Positions 47,009-55,330 of a stretch of 64,000 bases of DNA are shown one piece after another (the first letter of the stretch is position 1; each line of letters opens with the position of its first letter). The DNA is from a virus (Duplodnaviria > Caudoviricetes), in IMG/VR virus record IMGVR_UViG_3300028591_000075, positions 96,001 through 160,000 of that record; one strand, given 5' to 3'. The position numbers were made by a program, and so were the translations under genes. The notes under the pieces were generated by a model. That model saw only the letters and a list, made by a program, of their open reading frames with translations, was not told the origin of the DNA and ran no database searches.

Positions 47009-48634
47009 ATGACGCCGTTCTACTATGTAAGAGAAATCGAGAAGCTGCTTGTCGCCATCTACGACATGTTCGACAACCTGCGCGTGAACAAGTACACTGA
47101 CATGAACCGCACCGAATATGCGGATACGGTCAGGGTCAAGCTCGTGACGCACTATTCGGATGACTTCGCCAACTGGTTGAGCTCCACAATGAGCAAGCAG
47201 CAGCTGCAGGTCCTGCCGGTCGCGGGACTGCGTTTCGTCAGTACATCGAAAGATGACAGCAACCTGGTCCAGCCGACATACGCGAGGGAAATCTATTCCA
47301 GGCGCAACGACTTCTGGATTAGGGACATCCAGCCGAAACCTACCGTGTTCAGGTTCGAACTCACGGTCCTCTCCAACAATTTCTCCGACTTCGCGCAGTT
47401 GAAGGAAAACATTGAACCTTACTTCAACGATTACAGAACGGTCCGCCTGAAAGAATTTGACTTTGCGCCCGAGATTGAACAGCCGGTTCCAATCTTCCTG
47501 GCCGGAGTGAACGACAGTCTTGAAGACGAAACAGACAATACCGGTTCAAAGTTCCAGCAGTACAAGACTACCTACCAGCTTGAAGCCCACGGCCTGATGC
47601 ACAAGCCGTACGCGCTTCCTGCGGAAATCCGCTATGCCGAGATGAACTTCATCGTGAACAAGCAGTACAACGATGTCGAGCAGATCCTGGTGTACCCGGA
47701 CGAGATTGCCAAGCAGAAACGCCGCGCATGGGAAACCGTGGAGCCGTCCATCAGGGAAGGATATTCCCTGTTGAAGACATTTGCCAAGACCCTCGTCCGG
47801 CGCGGCGAGGTTGATGGCGAGGAATACTGGGCAGACGAGACCATCAGGTACGCCATGCTCACATACAACGAGATTAGCGGAGTTGATACTAGCGGCAACA
47901 ACATCGGTACCAACCCAATCTTGAAGGGCTACCAGAGGGACGAGAATGGCGAATACGTCCTCGATGCTGATGGTGACCGCATTCCGATTTACGACTGGGA
48001 ACAGGTCATTGTCGATGACATCGAACGTCCTGCGGAGGTGCCGTCTTTCGACCTTATCCATCTCACGTTTGATGAAGACAGCCCGGTTGCGACTGACATG
48101 AGCGGTCTAGGCCGAGACTTCGTTGCAGTGAATGACGATACACGCAAGTTCATTCCGGGACTTCCTCCGGGAAACGGAACGAATACCGATGGCGGTTATG
48201 TATATGACACACCGACCGGTGACGATTCCAGGCTTTATTGGTCCCAGATTCTGAACTGGTTCGGCGATAACAAGGAAGGCACAATCGAGAGCCCGTACAC
48301 CTTCAAGGCTACATTGCAGTTCCATGAAAGTGTTCCGGGTGATACGCTGTTCCAGTATCTGTACAACCCGAACGAGGTGACCCTTGAAGACGGTACGGTG
48401 ATACCCGCTGAAAGCGTATGGTTCGACTGGGGCGTGATGGACAGCAAACTGTATTTCACCTATCACACCACGACCCAGAGTCGGACGTTCGAGACGGAGA
48501 CATTTGAGTTCGACAACCAGATGATTTATTCATTCTACTTCGTGCTGTATGACCATGGCAAGAAGGGTATATTCGGCGTGAAGACCAACCTCAACGATAC
48601 CATGGTGGCGTTGAAGACCGTGGAGGTTGACTAA
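47009..48634 (+). CDS. gp15: Tail sheath terminator (T4 gp15-like) with a C-terminal LamG-like extension
   Basis: FYYVREIEKLLVAIYDMFDNLRV, LPVAG, PTVFRFEL, QLKENIEPYF; TATAAATC at 46991. Confidence 0.8.
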   Translation: MTPFYYVREIEKLLVAIYDMFDNLRVNKYTDMNRTEYADTVRVKLVTHYSDDFANWLSSTMSKQQLQVLPVAGLRFVSTSKDDSNLVQPTYAREIYSRRNDFWIRDIQPKPTVFRFELTVLSNNFSDFAQLKENIEPYFNDYRTVRLKEFDFAPEIEQPVPIFLAGVNDSLEDETDNTGSKFQQYKTTYQLEAHGLMHKPYALPAEIRYAEMNFIVNKQYNDVEQILVYPDEIAKQKRRAWETVEPSIREGYSLLKTFAKTLVRRGEVDGEEYWADETIRYAMLTYNEISGVDTSGNNIGTNPILKGYQRDENGEYVLDADGDRIPIYDWEQVIVDDIERPAEVPSFDLIHLTFDEDSPVATDMSGLGRDFVAVNDDTRKFIPGLPPGNGTNTDGGYVYDTPTGDDSRLYWSQILNWFGDNKEGTIESPYTFKATLQFHESVPGDTLFQYLYNPNEVTLEDGTVIPAESVWFDWGVMDSKLYFTYHTTTQSRTFETETFEFDNQMIYSFYFVLYDHGKKGIFGVKTNLNDTMVALKTVEVD

Positions 48635-49302
48635 TGACGGTCGCCGAGATAATCGAGATGCAGCGCAAGAAGTGCGAGGCCGATAAGCAGGCCAAGCTGC
48701 AGAAGCGTGCTGCACCAAAGCCGGCACCTGTTCCACCAAAGCCGGCAAAGCCGAAACCGAGTGATGTGGAACGTGCCTATATTGAGGACCGCACATATGA
48801 TGGCAAGGTTCCGGAAGGTGGCATGCGTGGCATCATGCGTAAGGAAAACCCGGAAGAGTATGTGGGTCGAGATGGTACCAAGACCTTCGTACCGTGGCGC
48901 TATGTCTCGATGCAGGACCTTGAACTTCCCGATAACGGCAATCCGTACCGTAAGCCTGAACAGGATACTAATACGAAGAAGCCCCTTGACCCGTGGGGGC
49001 GCCCGTCCGGGTATGTAGGTTCGGCAGCCGGTCCAAACATGTCCCCTGAATATGACCCGTGGTCTGTATCCGGAACCGTCCCGTCGTCACAGGGTGGCCA
49101 GGCCGGTGGGTGGGATGATTGGCTTGCGCCGGCTCCCATGCAGCAACCGATGCCACAGAATGCGGCGCCGGCACAGTCCGGTGGATGGGATTCCTGGATG
49201 TCTCCCGCTCCCGCCCCGGAAGCAGCTCCGGAACAAATTGAACAACAACCGGTCGCCGACACCAATGGAACCTTGGACATAATGCGCTCCATGCGACCGT
49301 AA
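48634..49302 (+). CDS. Disordered Pro-rich protein with GGWDxWxxPAP repeats
   Basis: GGWDDWLAPAP and GGWDSWMSPAP; GGAGG SD. Confidence 0.7.
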   Translation: MTVAEIIEMQRKKCEADKQAKLQKRAAPKPAPVPPKPAKPKPSDVERAYIEDRTYDGKVPEGGMRGIMRKENPEEYVGRDGTKTFVPWRYVSMQDLELPDNGNPYRKPEQDTNTKKPLDPWGRPSGYVGSAAGPNMSPEYDPWSVSGTVPSSQGGQAGGWDDWLAPAPMQQPMPQNAAPAQSGGWDSWMSPAPAPEAAPEQIEQQPVADTNGTLDIMRSMRP

Positions 49303-49337
49303 GGAACTAATTTTATAACAAAAAGGAAGATACCATA

Positions 49338-49955
49338 ATGGGAATGAGCATTCAAGACATTCTTAAGGCACAGCAGCGGGCTGCTAGTGCAACTCGTAAG
49401 TTTAAGCCGGCACCATACAGAAAGCCTGAACCCAATGCCGGTAATCGTACAGTGCAAGACTTGCTGAAGGCCCAGCAGACGGCTGCAAGTGCTACCCGTA
49501 AGACTCCCGTTGCTACTGCCGCGAAGCCTGAACCCAATAGCAACGTGGCCGAACTTATCGAACGTCAGCGCGTTATCGCTGCCGCACAGAAGGCTGCCAC
49601 TTCCGGGATAAGCCCTGTTCTCTCGTCCAACCAGAAGGCCGTCGTCGATGCCGTCCGTGAACAGTACAAGAAGTTCCTGACCAAGTTGGACAAGGAACTT
49701 GCTGAACAGGAATTGCGCATGACACCTCCCCCGGCACCTGCACCTGAGCCGGAACCGATCTTCACTCCCAATGTTCCCGGTAACATGGAAGTGGTCATCG
49801 AACCCCAGGTGGCCCCGTCCGACGTGAACGGAATTTCCGTTGGCGAAGAAATGGGTGGCCAGGTGGCAGTATCGACCCGTCCGAAGCGCCGGCGCAGGGT
49901 CAAGATTGCAAAGCAAGACACTACGGCGGTTGAAGAACCGGCGGTTGAAGCCTAA
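49338..49955 (+). CDS. Protein with tandem ~33-aa repeats
   Basis: SIQDILKAQQRAASATRK..KPEPN / TVQDLLKAQQTAASATRK..KPEPN / NVAELIERQ. Confidence 0.75.
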   Translation: MGMSIQDILKAQQRAASATRKFKPAPYRKPEPNAGNRTVQDLLKAQQTAASATRKTPVATAAKPEPNSNVAELIERQRVIAAAQKAATSGISPVLSSNQKAVVDAVREQYKKFLTKLDKELAEQELRMTPPPAPAPEPEPIFTPNVPGNMEVVIEPQVAPSDVNGISVGEEMGGQVAVSTRPKRRRRVKIAKQDTTAVEEPAVEA

Positions 49956-50080
49956 AATGCCTACTATAATTTTTGTTGTCGTGGTCATTGTTGCCGGAGC
50001 GCTATTCTTCAATCATAATGATTGGGGTAGCTTCCGGTAGGCATCCGATATAAACTGCCGATGTATAAAAGAGGTTCGCT

Positions 50081-50563
50081 ATGAATTCCGTTAGTAAAAA
50101 AATCCTTACCGAAGCAGCCACCAAGATTACGGGCGATCCACTGGTTGCAAAGCGTGTCGCCCTCATGGTTGCTCGTATGGAAGCTGCGGATGGAAAGGGT
50201 GAATCCTTCTCTACCGTGAAAGAGCTCTCCAACTGGCTGCTCGATGAATCGAACGGTCTCAACAAGATGCACTGGGGAGTGGACAAGATGAACAAGCACA
50301 CTCTCCTCGAAGAAGCATACGACCTTTGCCGCGACACCGGCGACAAGTTGGCGGAAACCTATGTTTCCCTTACCGGAAAGCCGGCTGCCGATGTGAAAGT
50401 CGATGACGAGACCGTCATTGCCAAGCTCAAAGAACTTCAGTCCCACATGAACGATGCCGTGGCCAAGAACAGTAAGTTCCCGGAAGGGCTGAAGAACATT
50501 TTTGCCGATTTTGATGAGAAAATTACCGGCATTCTTTACAAGTACCAGCAGTTTAACGGATAA
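50081..50563 (+). CDS. Ferritin/Dps-like four-helix protein behind a leader-like segment
   Basis: HWGVDKMNKHTLLEEAYD...DKLAETY; TATAAACT at 50049. Confidence 0.7.
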   Translation: MNSVSKKILTEAATKITGDPLVAKRVALMVARMEAADGKGESFSTVKELSNWLLDESNGLNKMHWGVDKMNKHTLLEEAYDLCRDTGDKLAETYVSLTGKPAADVKVDDETVIAKLKELQSHMNDAVAKNSKFPEGLKNIFADFDEKITGILYKYQQFNG

Positions 50564-50614
50564 TTTGTAGCCGGTACATCCATTTTCGTATTATATTTCC
50601 TCAGAGGTACCTCG

Positions 50615-51196
50615 ATGAAGATGACCGACATCATGGCTGCTCAGAAGGAAGAAATGCTCCGGCACAAGTGGATTGAGTCGGAAAAGGCCGGCCATGACCT
50701 CGGCGATTCCGTTATGGTCCAGTGGACCAAGGAACATGGCGCCGGGTGGCGATACAATTTCAATCTCGAACATCTGATGGAACTTCCCGAAGGCGACCAC
50801 GCCGTCTACTTCGGCATTTTCCTTGATGAGAAGTCAAAGAAAATTCTCATCGACACGATGTCCAAGTTCGTCCCATCCGGCTGGGATTTCAAGTGCGACA
50901 GATGCACACTGGCATTCGGTAACCCGGACGACCACCCTGATGTGAAGGAATATATCGCGGCAAACCTGGGCAACAAGGTGAAAATGAAAGTCGATTCAAT
51001 CGGCGTAGCAGTCGAGGTATTTGCCGTAGGTGTTACCGGTGACTTCAAGTCCACCATTGAACGACCGCACATCCCAGTTGCCGTGCCGCCCGGCGGCCAT
51101 TCAAAGAATTCAAACTTTATCAAGACGTGGAAGGACTATGCGCCAAAATTTGAACTCACTGGCACAGTCGATACCTTCCCCCGAATGTTTACATGA
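50615..51196 (+). CDS. DUF4032-like N-domain fused to a 2H-phosphoesterase-like domain with degenerate HxT motifs
   Basis: HKWIESEKAGHDLG; YFGIFLDEKS...CDRCTLAF...PHIPVAV..GG..KNSNFI. Confidence 0.6.
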   Translation: MKMTDIMAAQKEEMLRHKWIESEKAGHDLGDSVMVQWTKEHGAGWRYNFNLEHLMELPEGDHAVYFGIFLDEKSKKILIDTMSKFVPSGWDFKCDRCTLAFGNPDDHPDVKEYIAANLGNKVKMKVDSIGVAVEVFAVGVTGDFKSTIERPHIPVAVPPGGHSKNSNFIKTWKDYAPKFELTGTVDTFPRMFT

Positions 51197-51582
51197 CAAG
51201 AGAAATCGTAACAGAAAAATTCGCCGAGAATTTCGACACTGAGTACGTCTCGCGTGATTTCCCCCTAATATCGGCCATGTGTGCCAAGAATGACTACACT
51301 GGCTGCTACATCCTGAAATTGGTCACCGGTGAAGGCGTTGTCGCGATGGGCATCGTCGATCCGGACGGCTATCCGTTGAATACGAAGCTATGCGCGTTCG
51401 AGGTCAGGCACGATTGCCGTCACAAGGGATACGGCAAGGAACTCCTACAATACATTCTAATCAACTATGATGATGTGCGTGCCGTAGTATTGAGAGAAGC
51501 ACTCGGGTTTTACCGCAAGTGCTTCTTCAAGGTAATCGATGATAACGGCGGACAGGTGGTCACGGTCGAGGCTATTGCCTAG
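51193..51582 (+). CDS. GNAT acetyltransferase
   Basis: FEVRHDCRHKGYGKELL...ALGFYRKCFF. Confidence 0.85.
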   Translation: MTREIVTEKFAENFDTEYVSRDFPLISAMCAKNDYTGCYILKLVTGEGVVAMGIVDPDGYPLNTKLCAFEVRHDCRHKGYGKELLQYILINYDDVRAVVLREALGFYRKCFFKVIDDNGGQVVTVEAIA

Positions 51583-52045
51583 TCTTTCCGATAGGGTACT
51601 TCTGGGCCATTTCCCTGGTAGTCAGGTACATCAGTTTCTCGAACTCGTTCATGTTGTTGAACTTGATGATTTCCTTTTCCAACAGCGGATTGAATTTCCT
51701 GATATGCTGCCATTGCTGCTCGTCGCGCATGGCCTTTGCTGGATTTCCCTGCGCGATGATTGGCTGGACGAAGCATCCGGTCGGGTGCTTGGGACGGGCC
51801 TCGGTCTCGACCGTGGCGTCATTGTAGGAAGGATCGATGCACAGCGCGGGATCGCGGTCGAACGCGATGTCGGCAAGCTGCATGATGAATTCGGCAAACT
51901 CGTACCCGACAAGGTTCCCGAGGGACCTCATGGCGACTTCGGTATCGTCACCGGCAACCTCGAATATGCGGATGATTGTATCCGTCAGGTCCGGGTTGTT
52001 CGTTGTTTTGAATACGCTGACGCGCAGTAGCTCGATTGGTTCCAT
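51572..52045 (-). CDS. Late protein with a leader-like N-terminus
   Basis: Start moved to ATG 52045, after the palindromic late box; LLRVSVFKTTNNPDLTDTIIRIFEVA. Confidence 0.65.
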   Translation of the reverse strand: MEPIELLRVSVFKTTNNPDLTDTIIRIFEVAGDDTEVAMRSLGNLVGYEFAEFIMQLADIAFDRDPALCIDPSYNDATVETEARPKHPTGCFVQPIIAQGNPAKAMRDEQQWQHIRKFNPLLEKEIIKFNNMNEFEKLMYLTTREMAQKYPIGKTRQ

Positions 52046-52052
52046 ACCTGGA

Positions 52053-52064
52053 AGTTTATAAACT
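52053..52064. promoter_or_regulatory. Palindromic bidirectional late promoter AGTTTATAAACT
   Basis: Perfect 12-bp palindrome with TATAAACT on both strands; ATGs 6 and 7 nt away. Confidence 0.8.
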
Positions 52065-52070
52065 GCTGGC

Positions 52071-52832
52071 ATGGACGCCAAGTATATCACACGCGATGAC
52101 ATGGTCCGCCGTATCATTTCCAGGATGGGTGGCCAGTGTCAGGAAATTGAAATGGTCGTGGAGGAAGACCGCGGTCTCGGTCATGTCCACATGGCTATCG
52201 AGGACACCGAGGACTTCTTCTACCGTTATTGTGTGGACGAGGCCCAGTATATCGACCTCATGGTCCTGCATCTTCTACCGGGTGTCATGGAATACCGTGT
52301 ACCGGACAACGTGGTCAACGTTATCGAGGTAAACCCCAGCTACGGCAATACCTTCTCCCCGATGATGGCCTGGGACGTGGGTCCGGGTGAATCCCTGATG
52401 GGTGTCGGCGGTGCCGGTCTTGGCGGCCTGGGCCAGTTCGACCTCATAACCTACTCCGGTGCGTTGCGCTACTTGCAGGATGTCAAGAAGCTGGTCGGTA
52501 CCCAGTATCACATCAAGTTCCACCCGACGGACCACCTCCTGAGGATCTACCCGACCCCGAGGTCCAGGACGAATGCTGTTGCCGAGGTGTACTTGAAGGC
52601 CAAGAAATCCGAGCTCTACAACAACATCCTCTTCCGTGACATGGCCTTTTGGCGTGCCCAGGAACAGCTCGGTATCATCTTGAAGAAGCATACCTTTACG
52701 ATGCCCGGTGGCCTGACCATCAACGGTAAGGAAATCTTTGACACGGCTGCCGCCCGTCTCGAAAAGCTGGAAGCAAGGGTTATCAGCGAAGCGCCGGGCG
52801 CATTCATGATGACGGATTTGTCCGGAATATAA
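52071..52832 (+). CDS. gp13: Neck protein (T4 gp13-like)
   Basis: RRIISRMGG..IE, EYRVPDNVVNV, QLGIILKKH..MPGGLTINGKEI. Confidence 0.88.
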   Translation: MDAKYITRDDMVRRIISRMGGQCQEIEMVVEEDRGLGHVHMAIEDTEDFFYRYCVDEAQYIDLMVLHLLPGVMEYRVPDNVVNVIEVNPSYGNTFSPMMAWDVGPGESLMGVGGAGLGGLGQFDLITYSGALRYLQDVKKLVGTQYHIKFHPTDHLLRIYPTPRSRTNAVAEVYLKAKKSELYNNILFRDMAFWRAQEQLGIILKKHTFTMPGGLTINGKEIFDTAAARLEKLEARVISEAPGAFMMTDLSGI

Positions 52833-52861
52833 GCTGTAGTAAAACATTATGGAGTTTAACG

Positions 52862-53161
52862 ATGGAATTCAAAGATCGTATGGTTAAGTTTGACGACTTC
52901 CTCACCAAGTTTGCAAAGGCTAGTGGCGCTTCGGAATTGTGTGAATCTGTTCGCGAGGCGGCAAAGGTGTGTTTTGAAGGTCTTGACACCAATCCGCCTT
53001 GGGCTGATCCGGGTCTTATTGATCCGAAGTACAAGAACAACTTGGTCGCAAGTTCCAATGAAATCCATCGCAAGGTCTTCCATGACATTCCGCTGGCCAG
53101 GTACAAAGCCCGCTTGAAAGCTAAGAAAGCTAATGATGCCTGTGCCGAAACCGTACAGTAA
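52862..53161 (+). CDS. Small late protein with the shared leader
   Basis: TATAAGCT at 52828; KFDDFLTKFAKASGASELCESVREAAKVCFEG. Confidence 0.8.
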   Translation: MEFKDRMVKFDDFLTKFAKASGASELCESVREAAKVCFEGLDTNPPWADPGLIDPKYKNNLVASSNEIHRKVFHDIPLARYKARLKAKKANDACAETVQ

Positions 53162-53182
53162 TATTCGGATTATGGGGTTTGA

Positions 53183-54499
53183 GTGTTATACAATGCATTC
53201 TCATTTAAGAACGGGTACCTGCTGCAAATCGATGACTTGATTGCAGAACACAGTCCGCAACCTGTTCCACCGGGTCCCACCCCACCGGGTCCCACCCCTC
53301 CTGGCCCAACACCGCCGGGTCCTATCCCTCCTTCGCCCGAGGTGGATGTTTCTATAACAATTTCGGGAAGCATTATAACAATCGACGCCACCGGGGACTT
53401 ATCCGTTCTGGACGGATATGCGGTCAATGTTTACTCGAAAGGTGCCAAAGTATTGTCCGAAAGGATTGAACCTGTAGAAACGTTTGACTTGGACAATTTA
53501 AGGGATGAGCTCCCGATTGGTGCCTATGCCGTAAAGGTCCAGGCTTTTGACATTGACGGCAACCTGTTTCCCGAATCGAATTCGGTGACATGGTACCGTG
53601 AACCGGATGAACGTACCATTTGGATTAAGTTCAAGTTCCTTGATAAGTCATATAACCCGAGCGTCCACCAGCTTGCCACCGGTAAGGCTTGCACGCGGGA
53701 AGACGACATCGGTACTATGGAACGCAAGAAATCATTCTCTGCCGACTGGCAGTTGATTGATGCCGCGACTAATCAATGGATGTGGGGAATTACTTCCGGC
53801 ACAAACATTTCTCATGCATTTGCCACCGTAAAGGGTGAACAGTCGACTCCGTTAATAATCGCGGATGATTGGTTGGACGCAATTCCTGCAGAAATGGGGC
53901 CGCTTGATGGGTACGACCCTGCTGTTTGCCAGAATTTGGTAAATAATGGTACCTGGCCGATAGTCCCGGCAACCGAGTTTACCGGCCATGCCAATATCAT
54001 CGAGTGGGATTTGGCGAATGCTACCGATTTGTCGAATATGTTCGGTGCGATTCCTTGGGTCAGTGGTGCACTGTATGGCGTTGTGCCCGGTTTCAGTTCC
54101 AAGGCCGATAACATGTCTCAAATGTTCAGTAGATGCTATCACGTCACTTCAATCGGTGCGGTAGATGCATCACATTCGTCCCAGATGGTGCAGGTGTTCT
54201 ACTCGATGACTGGGTTGTCCGAGTTGCCTGAACTGACCGTTAGGAACGGTGCTGAACTTACTTACCTGTTCGGGAACTGCGGGAACATAGAGGGTGGAAT
54301 TGAAGAAATGTTCCATTATCTTGATGGCACGAACCCCGGAGCGCATGGCAATGTGTTCGGTAACTGCGGTATCTTGGCAGATGAACATGCACTTGACAAT
54401 ATACCTAAGACATGGGGCGGAAATGCAACAATCGTCGGTACAAACGTAGACGGAAACATTAGCCCGCTAGCCGTCGGTGGAAAGATTTTAAGGTTCTAA
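53183..54499 (+). CDS. Putative receptor-binding or surface protein: PPGPT linker, Fn3/Ig-like domain, BspA/DUF285-like repeats
   Basis: WDLANATDLSNMF, NMSQMFSRC, HGNVFGNCG..IPKTWGG. The GTG start is uncertain. Confidence 0.65.
   Translation: MLYNAFSFKNGYLLQIDDLIAEHSPQPVPPGPTPPGPTPPGPTPPGPIPPSPEVDVSITISGSIITIDATGDLSVLDGYAVNVYSKGAKVLSERIEPVETFDLDNLRDELPIGAYAVKVQAFDIDGNLFPESNSVTWYREPDERTIWIKFKFLDKSYNPSVHQLATGKACTREDDIGTMERKKSFSADWQLIDAATNQWMWGITSGTNISHAFATVKGEQSTPLIIADDWLDAIPAEMGPLDGYDPAVCQNLVNNGTWPIVPATEFTGHANIIEWDLANATDLSNMFGAIPWVSGALYGVVPGFSSKADNMSQMFSRCYHVTSIGAVDASHSSQMVQVFYSMTGLSELPELTVRNGAELTYLFGNCGNIEGGIEEMFHYLDGTNPGAHGNVFGNCGILADEHALDNIPKTWGGNATIVGTNVDGNISPLAVGGKILRF
53267..53326 (+). 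repeat. (PPGPT)x3-PPGPI linker repeat
   Basis: 15-nt repeat units with synonymous variation. Confidence 0.85.
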
Positions 54500-54517
54500 A
54501 AACCGGAGGAGTAAACT

Positions 54518-55324
54518 ATGAGCGATATTCACGCAAAGGACACATATACCAACATATCGGACTTGACTACAATGACCGAGATTACTTCTCCGGCATATGT
54601 ACCGGTTGAAGATGCAAATAAGGACGGCAAGAAGGTTGACCTGAATTCAATTAAGCCAGGTGTGTTAGACACAACAGCAACTGATGCCCAAGAACCTAAT
54701 GCTACTGAGAACTTAAGTGGCAATGTAACATTGCACAAAGTTGCAAAGACTGGCTCGTATAATGATTTGAATAATACCCCGTCCATACCGCAAAGCACGT
54801 ACACCCGGAAATCACTGGAGGTATCTCCAGATGATGCAGATGCTACTATTTTCTGTTCATATCATATCGATGTCAATAATAAAGATTGCATTACTGCCCA
54901 TCTATTGCCGGCAAAAGCCAACACCAAGCAATTATGGCTAGATATTGCACCGGACGCTGATGATGCAATTATTAGAATAGAACTGGACACTGGTGAGGAA
55001 TATAAAAATCCAACGCTGCGTCGTATCATTCCTCGTCGTAAGCCGGATAATACAGTGTTGCATGTTGTATATGAACCGAAATTTATTGCGGAAACTTCGT
55101 CGTCTAGTGGTATTCTGTATTCAATGAATGAGACCGGTTCTGATATCGATGTACCAACTGACTGGAATGAAGTTGGCCTAGTTGACTCGGCTGTTACTAA
55201 TGTTAGTATCAAGCGAGAGCATAGTGATGTTATGGACTCATGGGAAGAGATATCAAAATGTGTTTTTAGAATTGTGGCAGATTTTTGCTTTGTTTATATC
55301 GAAAGCGAATATTATGTCAGTTGA
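54518..55324 (+). CDS. Tail-fibre-like protein; AT-richer
   Basis: LHKVAKTGSYNDLNNTPSIP fibre motif; GGAGG SD. Confidence 0.6.
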   Translation: MSDIHAKDTYTNISDLTTMTEITSPAYVPVEDANKDGKKVDLNSIKPGVLDTTATDAQEPNATENLSGNVTLHKVAKTGSYNDLNNTPSIPQSTYTRKSLEVSPDDADATIFCSYHIDVNNKDCITAHLLPAKANTKQLWLDIAPDADDAIIRIELDTGEEYKNPTLRRIIPRRKPDNTVLHVVYEPKFIAETSSSSGILYSMNETGSDIDVPTDWNEVGLVDSAVTNVSIKREHSDVMDSWEEISKCVFRIVADFCFVYIESEYYVS

Positions 55325-55330
55325 TATTAT

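Noticed and set aside
53183-54499. Possible DGR target (BspA-like C-terminus ending IPxxWGG)
   Set aside because: No template repeat or reverse transcriptase is visible in this window. One elsewhere in the genome cannot be excluded.
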